A DNA stretch of 64,000 nt from an uncultured Nitrospiraceae bacterium (GTDB lineage Bacteria; Nitrospirota; Nitrospiria; Nitrospirales; UBA8639). The notes beneath the pieces were generated by a model that searched no databases, was not told the DNA's origin, and was given only the letters and a program-made list of their open reading frames with translations. The stretch spans positions 505,334 through 569,333 of the forward strand of contig CAVTGT010000011.1 of assembly GCA_963734345.1 (NCBI GenBank), in the 5' to 3' direction. This document shows, one piece after another, positions 27,441 to 36,214 of this stretch. The stretch's first letter is position 1. The number at the start of each line of letters is the position of its first letter. A program made the position numbers and the translations under genes.

Positions 27441-27766
27441 GAAACGCCAGAGCGTGCTGAGCGTTATTACGACGTCTGTGCCTCTTTCGTCGGCGAGGAT
27501 GTTTGGGAGTCTGTCGATTGGGTCTCAACGCCATAGGTTCACTATAAACCGAAAAAAAGGGGAGGGAAGGCCTGGTTGGTCTTAATGCTCAGATACCGCG
27601 CAACTTCGAGAAACGGGTAAGCTTGGAAGGGTCATCTAGAAGAATTAGGGGGTGTTTGTGAAGACAAATCGAGAACCAGGAAGCGGAAACATTCCGACTT
27701 CCCCGATCAAATCATCCGTCCGCGTGGAAACCGGCATCCAAACTATTGCTAGCTCGTGCGGTCTAG

Positions 27767-28532
27767 CTACTTACTACGGCTGCCCAGGAAAGTGACGACG
27801 TGACCTCGTAGAGCGGCCACGAAGCGCTGAAAATTTAAGTCTTCAGCCGGCTGCGTGATTTTGGTTTTTCGTGAGTTCGTGGCCATCATGAAACAGGCTG
27901 AGGTATAGAGTCGTTCTAGCACCAAGCGGCGACACAGCAGCTCGTAGCGCTTGCTATAGGATACTCCTCTATACCGTCGGAGGGCTGCTGTATCTTTGAG
28001 ATGAGCTTCTCCACGAAATTCAGGGTCTACCTGGAAGTACGGCTCCTTGTTGCCGACAGGGGTTTTGACGTTGTCGCGATCTTCCAATAAAAACAAGTAG
28101 CCAAGAAAAGGGGTGAGGAGACTGACCAAAGCGGCCTTCTCGGAATGCTGTCCAAATATCCTTGGCACTGCCCACCGCTTCTTCCGAACGGTTGTTCACA
28201 TTGTTTCCGATCGATTTGCCGGCTTGGGATTTTAACTCCATCGCCAAGACCAACGCACCGTCTGAGACGACAATGAGATCCCATTTTTTCGTGGCTCTGA
28301 AATAACCTGGCAGCTCAAGCGCGGTTCTTGTGCGGACATCGACCTTCTTCAATCCGGCTTCGCATAGGATGTCCGAAACTAAGACCTCCAGAGCACCCAT
28401 CTGGGTGCCTCCTGTGACCTCACCTCGCGTTCCGGCATCAATTTTTCCAGATTTGACCTGCTTTTCTTTATTTCGTCTTCGGGCGTCCCAGTAGCTTTGG
28501 ACGGCGGCTTGCAGTCTCTTATCAATGTTCAA
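27767..28532 (-). pseudogene. type II restriction endonuclease (XhoI/PaeR7I-like by recollection), frameshifted
   Basis: TTG start at 28532 with GGAGG upstream, overlapping the MTase stop by 11 nt. The frame breaks at the A4G4 run at 28106-28113 (..GQSPHPF|LGYLFLLEDRD..). Confidence 0.6.
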
Positions 28533-30231
28533 GCGCCGCCTCCAGAGTGCGAACGTTAATCCCATACAGATCCAAAGCCACTTGGGTTGCGCGGGGCCTG
28601 TCACGATGACGGAAGGCGTCTCTCAGTTCATGGGACTGCATCTTGGACAAGGTCGTAGGGGCAGGGACTCGAATCCGGCGCAGATACTGTGCTTGGAAGC
28701 GCAAATAGCCGCCTCGCATGCGGACTCCATATGATTCGATGAAAAACTGTCCGACTTTCGACATCAGTAGGCCTCCGAGTACTTCCAGGTCCCACTCGTC
28801 CGACTGAATGAAGTACAGATTGTGGTGCGGGTACGTTTCACCACGATCTAAGACCGGCTTGAGCGTGTTCTTAATATCCGGGATGTAGAGTTTGTGTGTG
28901 TCGGTGAGGGCGTGGTTGACGCGATCAATTGTCTTGTACCACTTGCCGGCATTCTTCTCAACCGTGTGGCGTTTCCTCAGGGCTGCCGCATGTCGCTCGT
29001 AGTAGGCTTTCAACTTCGGATAGGTTTTCAGATTGACGAGTCCGTCGTGGTTCCATGGATTAACCAGATAGTGCCCGGACCATCGCACCGTTCCTCCCGC
29101 CACGTCTTTCGCGAGTGCGAGCTTCAGGAGGCGAGACGGCTCCACAAGGTCCGCATCGGTCGTGATGTAGACACGATCGTTCCCGGTGGCGACACCTATT
29201 CCCACCTTGGCATTCATCTCGAGAGGAGGAAACTGATCTTCCAGTCGTCGGAGGAGTGCCAACTGTTCGGGTGAATGGCAGGGCCAGGGGTCTGCGCCTT
29301 TGAACCACGTTTTTACTACTGCCCTATGAATACTCTGAGGCAATATGTTGCGGCCGTTTGTCTGGAGGGTCGTGACCAATTGTCTTGGCTGAATCTTCTC
29401 AGCTTCCTGACCGGCACTTGCCACAATGGTCGACTGCTGTTTTTTGTGTCGAATTACTGTAATTGCCGGATAGGCGTCCACTTCATCGTCGAAGGCGTTG
29501 GCGTTGTGCATACTCAGGAGCATTTCAACACTGTATGCTGAGGTAATAAGCTGCCGCAGTTCTGCCCCATATTGGTTCCGCATCCATCGATCAGCGCAGA
29601 TAAATGCGCATACACCGCCAGTTTTAAGCTGCCGCAGTGCGGCCTCAAAAAAGGCCACATAGAGATCAGCTCGACCGCGCATCGTCGGATACGCATTGCG
29701 ATAGACTGAGGCCGTTTCTTCTGGAATATCTTCAAGGCGTACGTATGGAGGGTTCCCGACAATGAAATCAGCCTGTCTGCTACCGGTATCGAAAAGGTAA
29801 TCCCGGTTTAATACCCACGCTTCGGCCAGTTGCTTGGCTAGCGGGCGCCCTACGCCACGATTCATCAGGATGTTCTGGACAAAAACTCGTGCACGAGCAG
29901 CACTTTTCTCATCCAGTTCGTAGGCGAGTAAGGAATTTTGACATTCTGAAAACGATCGACCGAGTTTTCGACAGGACTCCACTAGGCGCTCGACCATAAG
30001 ACCGAGAAATGCGCCATTACCAGCCGCTGGTTCGACTGCCAGGGCATCTACCAGGTTTTTATCCGAGCAGTAGCCGCTCAGATCAAGTAGTAGTTCAACG
30101 ACCCAACGTTTTGTGTATACGACGCCTTTCGGCTCGACTACCGCAAAATGCATAGGACAGGGAAAAGGTGCGATCAGCTGGAGTTGAATGCCTCTGGTTC
30201 CACCTGATCGACTAATTTGGTTGTTTGCCAC
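28522..30231 (-). CDS. N6-adenine DNA methyltransferase, gamma class (TaqI/Eco57I-like), intact
   Basis: Motif I VEPAAGNGAFL and motif IV GNPPYV. 569 aa with no interruption. Confidence 0.85.
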   Translation of the reverse strand: MANNQISRSGGTRGIQLQLIAPFPCPMHFAVVEPKGVVYTKRWVVELLLDLSGYCSDKNLVDALAVEPAAGNGAFLGLMVERLVESCRKLGRSFSECQNSLLAYELDEKSAARARVFVQNILMNRGVGRPLAKQLAEAWVLNRDYLFDTGSRQADFIVGNPPYVRLEDIPEETASVYRNAYPTMRGRADLYVAFFEAALRQLKTGGVCAFICADRWMRNQYGAELRQLITSAYSVEMLLSMHNANAFDDEVDAYPAITVIRHKKQQSTIVASAGQEAEKIQPRQLVTTLQTNGRNILPQSIHRAVVKTWFKGADPWPCHSPEQLALLRRLEDQFPPLEMNAKVGIGVATGNDRVYITTDADLVEPSRLLKLALAKDVAGGTVRWSGHYLVNPWNHDGLVNLKTYPKLKAYYERHAAALRKRHTVEKNAGKWYKTIDRVNHALTDTHKLYIPDIKNTLKPVLDRGETYPHHNLYFIQSDEWDLEVLGGLLMSKVGQFFIESYGVRMRGGYLRFQAQYLRRIRVPAPTTLSKMQSHELRDAFRHRDRPRATQVALDLYGINVRTLEAALEH

Positions 30232-30435
30232 TATGACCTCGGAATTTCGGTTGAGGTTTAGGGGAAAAGGGAGCGGCTGATATTAACTTGTCTGCTCTCT
30301 TCGTTCAATATTCATTCACCAGCAGAGATACACTTGTTAGGTGCGATGTTTAAGCAGAAAACAAAACTCTTGCCCACACTTGAATATATTCCGCCTCTAG
30401 TGTCAGCTTTTCTAACTCCCTTTTAATTACTGGTT

Positions 30436-30575
30436 TCTTCAACGAACCACAGGTAGTTCAATGTGCGATGGTCGATTGAGTGTGTGCCAGATTTCCCATG
30501 TTGGTGGCGGGCCATCCAAGTTCTGGAAATGGCCTTGTTTAAATTGATAGGACGTGGAATGAAACTCGACTAGCA
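30436..30575 (-). repeat. diverged duplicate of the 3' end of the hydrolase gene (partner at 32207-32385)
   Basis: Translates in frame to VEFHSTSYQFKQGHFQNLDGPPPTWEIWHTLNRPSHIELPVVR*. The gene's own end reads ..TSYQFKQGH[13 aa]FQALDGPAPTWEIWHTPNQPSQIELPVVR*. Confidence 0.75.
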
Positions 30576-30667
30576 GGGGTTTTAGGTCAGTCAGGTCTCC
30601 CAACCTCATATCAAGACATTTCGTCGCGGGCCGTGGCGATCCCTTTCCGCGTCTTATGCGTCAAGGC

Positions 30668-30961
30668 CTAGCGGTTTGCCGTTACGGCGAGGCGGAATCC
30701 TAACGCATGGAGGAGTGCGTCGAGGCTTTTGAGTTCAGGATTGCCCCGTTCGGAGAGTATTTTGTACAAACTTTCGCGGTTGAGCTTGGCCTTTTCGGCG
30801 AGTTGTGCCACACCGCCCTGAGCTTCGGCCACATTCCTTAACGCCAGTAGGAACAATTCGGGATCGCCCTCCTCCAGCGCCGCATTCAAGTATTCTTCGG
30901 CCTCACCGGCATCACGCAAGCTTTCAAGCAGGTCTGGTTGATAGGTTTTGCTCTTTTTCAT
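30668..30961 (-). CDS. HigA-family addiction-module antidote protein (HTH)
   Basis: ..LNAALEEGDPELFLLALRNVAEAQGGVAQLAEKAKLNRESLYKILSERGNPELKSL.. is typical of this family. The ATG at 30961 has GGGGGAGG upstream. Confidence 0.75.
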   Translation of the reverse strand: MKKSKTYQPDLLESLRDAGEAEEYLNAALEEGDPELFLLALRNVAEAQGGVAQLAEKAKLNRESLYKILSERGNPELKSLDALLHALGFRLAVTANR

Positions 30962-31211
30962 GGCCTCCCCCTGTGTTCGCTCCATTATCGTTTCGCGTTT
31001 TCGAAATGTCTCCCCTCAATCAATTCTTGAAACTGAGCTGTTTTGATCAGATTAGCAATCCTTCATGGGCGTAGAATTGAGTTGGGCTCATATCGCGCCA
31101 TCAAGTCCTCGCCGATTGATCGCGCCAATAGAGTGTCCTGTTGTGACCGTCAGAAAAGAACCGATGGAAATTCAGTTGATGAATTCCAAATTGTAACAAG
31201 GAGGTACTTCC

Positions 31212-31838
31212 ATGAAACCGATCCGCTATCTAGGAGGAGTTGCGTTAGTTTTCGTGTTGGGCTGTCAGGGCATGCCTACGGTGACGAGGACCGGGGACGT
31301 CAAAGACATCATGATTGGGGATAGTCTGACGTCAGGCTATATCGCTGTCGGTCCAGGCGATGAAGTTCGATGGATCAACAAAAGGGCCGCACCTGTGCAA
31401 ATCGTTTTTCTCGACCCTGAGTGGGACAAGCAGTTGTCATGCAAGAATAATTTCGGCGGGTGGATGACCCGCAGCGACACAGCCCAACTGGCCACGAACG
31501 AAACCGCCAGCGTCTGTTTCCGGGATGCCGGCACGTTCCGGTATACCGTCAGGATGGAATCAGACAGGGCGAGTGGTAACCTCAATGTTCCGGGAGTCGT
31601 TAAGGTTGGCGGGCAGGGCGGCCAGGCCGTTGGTCAAACAAGTGAACAGAACCTTGGCCGAACCAGTGATCAACCCAGTGATCCAACAAGTAGCCCTGCT
31701 AGTCATCAACTCAGTGATCCGACAGGTGGCGGTATCAGTGAGCAACCCAGTGGTCCAACAAGTGGTCCAACAAGTGGTCCAACAGGCTCAACGTCGACCA
31801 CCACCACCACTACGACGACCATGCCTGCTCAGAAGTGA
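31212..31838 (+). CDS. lipoprotein with a cupredoxin-like beta-sandwich and a Ser/Thr/Pro-rich repetitive tail
   Basis: Lipobox VLGC. GDEVRWINK..GTFRYTV pattern with no obvious Cu ligands. The tail reads SGPTSGPTSGPTGSTSTTTTTTTT. Confidence 0.6.
   Translation: MKPIRYLGGVALVFVLGCQGMPTVTRTGDVKDIMIGDSLTSGYIAVGPGDEVRWINKRAAPVQIVFLDPEWDKQLSCKNNFGGWMTRSDTAQLATNETASVCFRDAGTFRYTVRMESDRASGNLNVPGVVKVGGQGGQAVGQTSEQNLGRTSDQPSDPTSSPASHQLSDPTGGGISEQPSGPTSGPTSGPTGSTSTTTTTTTTMPAQK
31749..31784 (+). repeat. perfect 12-nt tandem repeat x3 (AGTGGTCCAACA) inside the coding sequence
   Basis: Read directly from the sequence. It is followed by an ACC/ACG poly-Thr tract to about 31820. Confidence 0.9.
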
Positions 31839-32210
31839 ATGCGGTATTGAGAACAATTGAGGGCAGATTCCGATGGAACTGGGAGAGAGGAAATGTAGCA
31901 ATGGAGACAGAGTATGCCGCCATTGAAGGTTCTCCGTGACAGGGAGTGTTAAAACAACTCCACCGCGAAAAGAGATTAGGGGTTTTTGTTGGAGCACCTT
32001 GCCATGAGCTGCGGCATGGCGTGGTTGCTCCCCTGTCTCATTAGAATTCCTCCAAGGTGATCTTCTTTCCGGGACTGGTTGTGTCCGATGTAGTCGTTCG
32101 CATATCCATCAAATATGAATCGTTTGGCAAATTGAAGCCCGGTGCAAGGTTGGCTGGGCTCAGATCGTTCGTTCCACTTAAGATGACAAATCGATAAGAC
32201 TAATGCAGCT

Positions 32211-34170
32211 TCACCGAACGACGGGCAGTTCAATCTGGGATGGTTGATTTGGTGTGTGCCAGATTTCCCATGTTGGTGCCGGGCCATCTAATGCCTGGAA
32301 ATGATCTTTGTCGGCTCCCGCCAGGGCAATCCGGATGCGATGACCCTGTTTGAATTGATAGGACGTAGGAAGTAACTCGACTATTAGTGGCACCACTTCA
32401 CCGGGGATAAGCGGGGCGGCATCAGCACGGCGGAAGGTGTGAATGGGCAGAGCACGCGATGGGTTTTCGATGGCCTCGGTCGATTGTCTGCGCCGATGGA
32501 TGGCCCGCAACTCGCCTTCCGTGACGTAATGCACGTCTCCTTCAGGGGTGACATCTTCCAAATACACAAACAGGGTCGTATCCGGCGTGGTGGAAGAAAG
32601 ATAGACAGTGGCCACCGGATGTCCTGTGACTTCGATGTGCTTCTGATAGCGGCTCCGAGGTATACACCAACAACTCCTGATCTCGTTCTTTCCGGTCGGG
32701 GTAGGGATCTTTCAGAGAAATTCCCACCAACGTGTCCCACCGGGTTTGCCTGCCGGTTCCTGTGTTTGGATTGACCTGGTACCGATCGGGGATGTACTCC
32801 GCCGGGGGCGGCTTCATTCCTAACAGGCCTTCTTGTTGGAAATACATCGAACGGGGAGAAGACTCAGGTGGCCAGCGAGTCGAGGTTTTCCATTGTTCCT
32901 CGCCCATTGTGTAATAGCGGATCGGTGGATCGTTCTGGCTGCCGTTGGCCACGCCTTTCAGGTGAAGATCGAAAAATTTGAGGAGTTCCGCCGCATGGTC
33001 GAATTGTGCCGGCCCAAGCGCATAGGGACTGATCCGGCGTTTCCCGCCATGATCCCATGGCCCGAGCATGAGGCGGTGAGTCGGCTGCTGATAGTGGAGA
33101 TAGCGATGGATGGCAGCCAATGGATACCCCCCGTCGAACCACCCGCTATAGCTGTAGATGGCTGCGCCTGACTTGGCAATCTCGTCCGCATAGGTTTGGG
33201 GGCTGAGGACATCGATATTGGCGGCCTGCCGTGATGGAGGAGGATCATCCCGAAAATCAATCCCGGAGGCTTCCCGATAGGGACTCCAATTGGTCTCGTG
33301 TTCCTGTAAGGCGAGGGCCAAAAGGTGCTGACCGGTATCCCCATCGACCGGCCGCACTCCACGCACGAAGAGATTGGCGGTCCATCCGGCGTGCGGTAAT
33401 CGGTTGTGGTCAAGCCGATGCGTAATCGCACTCCAGGTTTCTGTAAACCAGTTGAGATGGATGCCACCCGGAAAGATAATTTCGGAATAGAGATCAAATC
33501 CTGAATACATCGGGGCGATTGCTTTGACGGCCGGATGCTGATTGACCAACAACATTTCCGCCGTTCCACCGCTATAGGAAATACCCATGGCGCCGACATT
33601 TCCGTTTGACCAGGGTTGGGCAATAATCCAGTCCACAATTTCAGCCCCGTCTTGAATTTCCTTCGGGGAATAGGCGATCGGGCGTGTTCCGAATGAGGCG
33701 CCGGAGCCACGCACATCCACATCCACCCACGCATAGCCCTGTTGAAGAAACCGTTTCGCATACGATCCCATGAGCCCCCGTGGTCCATCCTCCTTGAAGA
33801 GGGAGACCAGCCATCGATATTCGATCGCCCGCCAATACCGGGTTTGATGAAGGATCGTGGGAATCGTTTGGCCTGCCTTCAGTCCGTCGGGGAGATAGAG
33901 ATCCACCGCAATCTTGACCCCGTCCCGCATCGTGAGATACTGCGAAGTACGGTGAAATTTCCCGTCGGGCTCAACAACGCTGATAGCCGAAGATGGCGGA
34001 CTGGCCGCCGCCGGGTCAGACTGCTCAACAGTATTTGGCGCACAACCCGTGAAGAAAGGGAGTGCCAGCCCGAGGAGCATGAGGAAAGCCCATAAACGGA
34101 AAAGTCCCGGCGTGGGGAGAGGGGAGAAACGGCTGGCAGTTCTAAAACGGAGATTGGTTCGTCTGAACAT
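32211..34170 (-). pseudogene. CocE/NonD-family (X-Pro dipeptidyl-peptidase-like) alpha/beta hydrolase, frameshifted near 32633-32650
   Basis: ORFs 32542-34170 and 32211-32615 join as ..TSEPLSE|HIEVTGHPVATVYLSSTTPD... Contains GISYSGG (GxSxG). Confidence 0.75.
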
Positions 34171-34318
34171 ATGGAGTGGATGGATATTGGTTTTGGTCTT
34201 ACAGCGTTACGATGTAATTGAGGAATTTATCTACTTTGGATTTGCCAGAAAAAACGATTGCAGGTGAACGCATCGCACTTGTGTCCCTAACTCCCTTGTC
34301 TAAGTGATTTTCTGCGTT

Positions 34319-34512
34319 GCCGGGTTTCGTCCCGGCAGGCGAGGCCCTTTTGTTTCGGCAAAAGGATCCAAAACCATTGACGCCCCGTCTGGCCTCATTA
34401 AGAGAGGACGGACGCCAACTATGAGGAGGGCGGCCCACCTCGCAGGGCTCAAACATGGCCCGCCAGCAGATGAGAGCGTCCCTTCCTTGAGCCAGACGGC
34501 AGGCTTTCCGTC
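34319..34512. other. GC-rich, highly structured intergenic element (ncRNA, MITE or relic, unresolved)
   Basis: Hairpins GCCGGG-TTTCGT-CCCGGC (34319-34336) and CCTTTTG-TTTCGG-CAAAAGG (34346-34365). A 9-nt long-range complement pairs CCGTCTGGC (34385-34393) with GCCAGACGG (34491-34499), and nested pairs occur inside it. Confidence 0.3.
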
Positions 34513-34561
34513 AGGCGCAGTGACTTCATGATACCAAGAGGATGAACAGAAGGAGAAGGTA

Positions 34562-35116
34562 ATGGCATCAGCGTTTGGACATGTGGCCGTGGCGTATGCC
34601 ATGGGCAAAACTCTCCCGTCTCCATTTCACATCTTGAGATTTTGGTGGCTGACGGTCGCCTGCTGTCTCCTGCCCGATATCGACGTGATGAGTTTCTCGT
34701 TGGGCATTCCGTATGAGCATGTGTTGGGGCATCGCGGATTTACGCACTCAATCGTGTTTGCGATGCTACTGGGATTAGTTGTGGCAAGGTTGGCTGACCC
34801 CTTGATCCCATATGTAAGCCGGACATATTGGGTCTCCGCTCTCTATTTCTCTCTCGTCACCATGTCGCATGGGATCCTGGATGCGTTTACCGATGGAGGT
34901 TTAGGAATTGCCTTTTTCGCTCCCTTCGATTCCACCAGATATTTTTTCCCATGGAGACCGATCGCCGTCTCACCCATCGGGATTTCTCAATTTTTCTCTG
35001 AATATGGAATGGCTGTGGTTCTCAGTGAATTGCTTTGGATTGGGTTACCCGTTGGTCTCTGGTTGGTTGTGTTAAAAGTCACGGGAAGGAATAGAGCAAA
35101 GGAAGCGCAGAGATAA
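34562..35116 (+). CDS. membrane-bound metal-dependent hydrolase (YdjM/DUF457-like)
   Basis: N-terminal ..AFGHVAV.., then HRGFTHS and multiple TM helices. Confidence 0.75.
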   Translation: MASAFGHVAVAYAMGKTLPSPFHILRFWWLTVACCLLPDIDVMSFSLGIPYEHVLGHRGFTHSIVFAMLLGLVVARLADPLIPYVSRTYWVSALYFSLVTMSHGILDAFTDGGLGIAFFAPFDSTRYFFPWRPIAVSPIGISQFFSEYGMAVVLSELLWIGLPVGLWLVVLKVTGRNRAKEAQR

Positions 35117-35219
35117 CACCCGAAGCTGGATTAGTCGTATCCGGCTGACTTCATCTGTCATTTTAGGTACAGTCCAAGGATCTCAAGATGAACACCCTTC
35201 CTCAACTATTGCCTCTTTA

Positions 35220-36145
35220 ATGGCCTCATCCAATAAAAAAGTCATTTACGCGGCGTTAATCGGCAATAGCCTAATTGCCTTCACCAAATTTGCGGCTTCG
35301 GCATTGACGGGAAGTTCCGTGATGTTGGCCGAAGGCATTCATTCTCTGGTGGACACGGGCAATCAAGGGCTCTTGCTCTATGGACTTCATCGTGCCAAAC
35401 GACCAGCCGATGAGCGGTATCCCTTCGGGTATGGCAAGGAGATCTATTTTTGGAGTTTTGCTGTGGCCATTCTGGTCTTTGCCCTCGGTGCCGGAATTTC
35501 CTTGTATGAAGGCGTGTTGCACATTATTAAGCCGGAGCCGATTACCAATCCCATGGTCAACTATGTGGTGTTGACTCTCTCCCTCATATTTGAGGGTGGG
35601 GCCTGGTACATGGCTTTCCGGGAATTTTCCGGAGGGCCAAGGGAAAGTGGTCGTATTTGGAGGCGGTCCAACGGGGAAAAGATCCGACAATTTTTATGGT
35701 GCTCTTCGAAGATTCGGCTGCGGTGCTGGGGTTGGCGGTGGCCTTTATTGGCATTTGGCTGGGACAGGTCACCGGTATTGTCTATTTTGACGGCATCGCG
35801 ACCTGTATCATCGGATTGATATTGGCCGCGATCGCGATGTGGCTGGCATTTGAAACAAAAGGGTTGTTAATCGGGGAAAGCGCCAATAGGGAAGTGGTCC
35901 AGAGCATTCGCGACATGGCCAGACAACTTCCCGGGGTCATGCATGTGAATGAAGTGCTTACCATGCACATGGGGCCGGAATTTATCCTGGTGAATCTGAG
36001 TGTGGAATTTGAAGATCGAGTCACGTCCGAAGAGTTGGAGCGCTGTGTGGCCAAATTGGATAAGGATATTAAAGTGAAGCATCCTCTCGTGAAACGGATC
36101 TTTGTGGAAGCCGAAGCCCGGCGTGTCTCCAAGCTTCCGGAATAA
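35220..36145 (+). pseudogene. cation diffusion facilitator (CDF) transporter, frameshifted at the T-run 35625-35628
   Basis: ORFs 35220-35819 and 35657-36145 join as ..MAFREF|RRAKGKWSYLEAVQRGKDPTIFMVLFEDSAA... Contains the HSLVDTGNQ motif. One extra T would restore the frame. Confidence 0.8.
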
Positions 36146-36214
36146 TATGCCAATGCCTATGTGTCAATCAGTGTAAGAGGCCAACCGGTCTGTAGAAGGG
36201 AATAACAGATCGCT

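Noticed and set aside
32958-33788. 276-aa ORF inside the hydrolase gene (same strand, other frame)
   Set aside because: It is an alternate-frame artefact. The hydrolase frame carries the GxSxG motif and the overall family pattern.
34300-34530. Identification of the structured element as SRP RNA, RNase P RNA, 6S RNA or tmRNA
   Set aside because: It lacks the conserved SRP domain IV sequence (GGUCCGGAAGGAAGCAGCC-like), the RNase P GGAAAGUCC/ACAGAAA elements and a tRNA-like 3' end. A 6S RNA cannot be judged from sequence alone.
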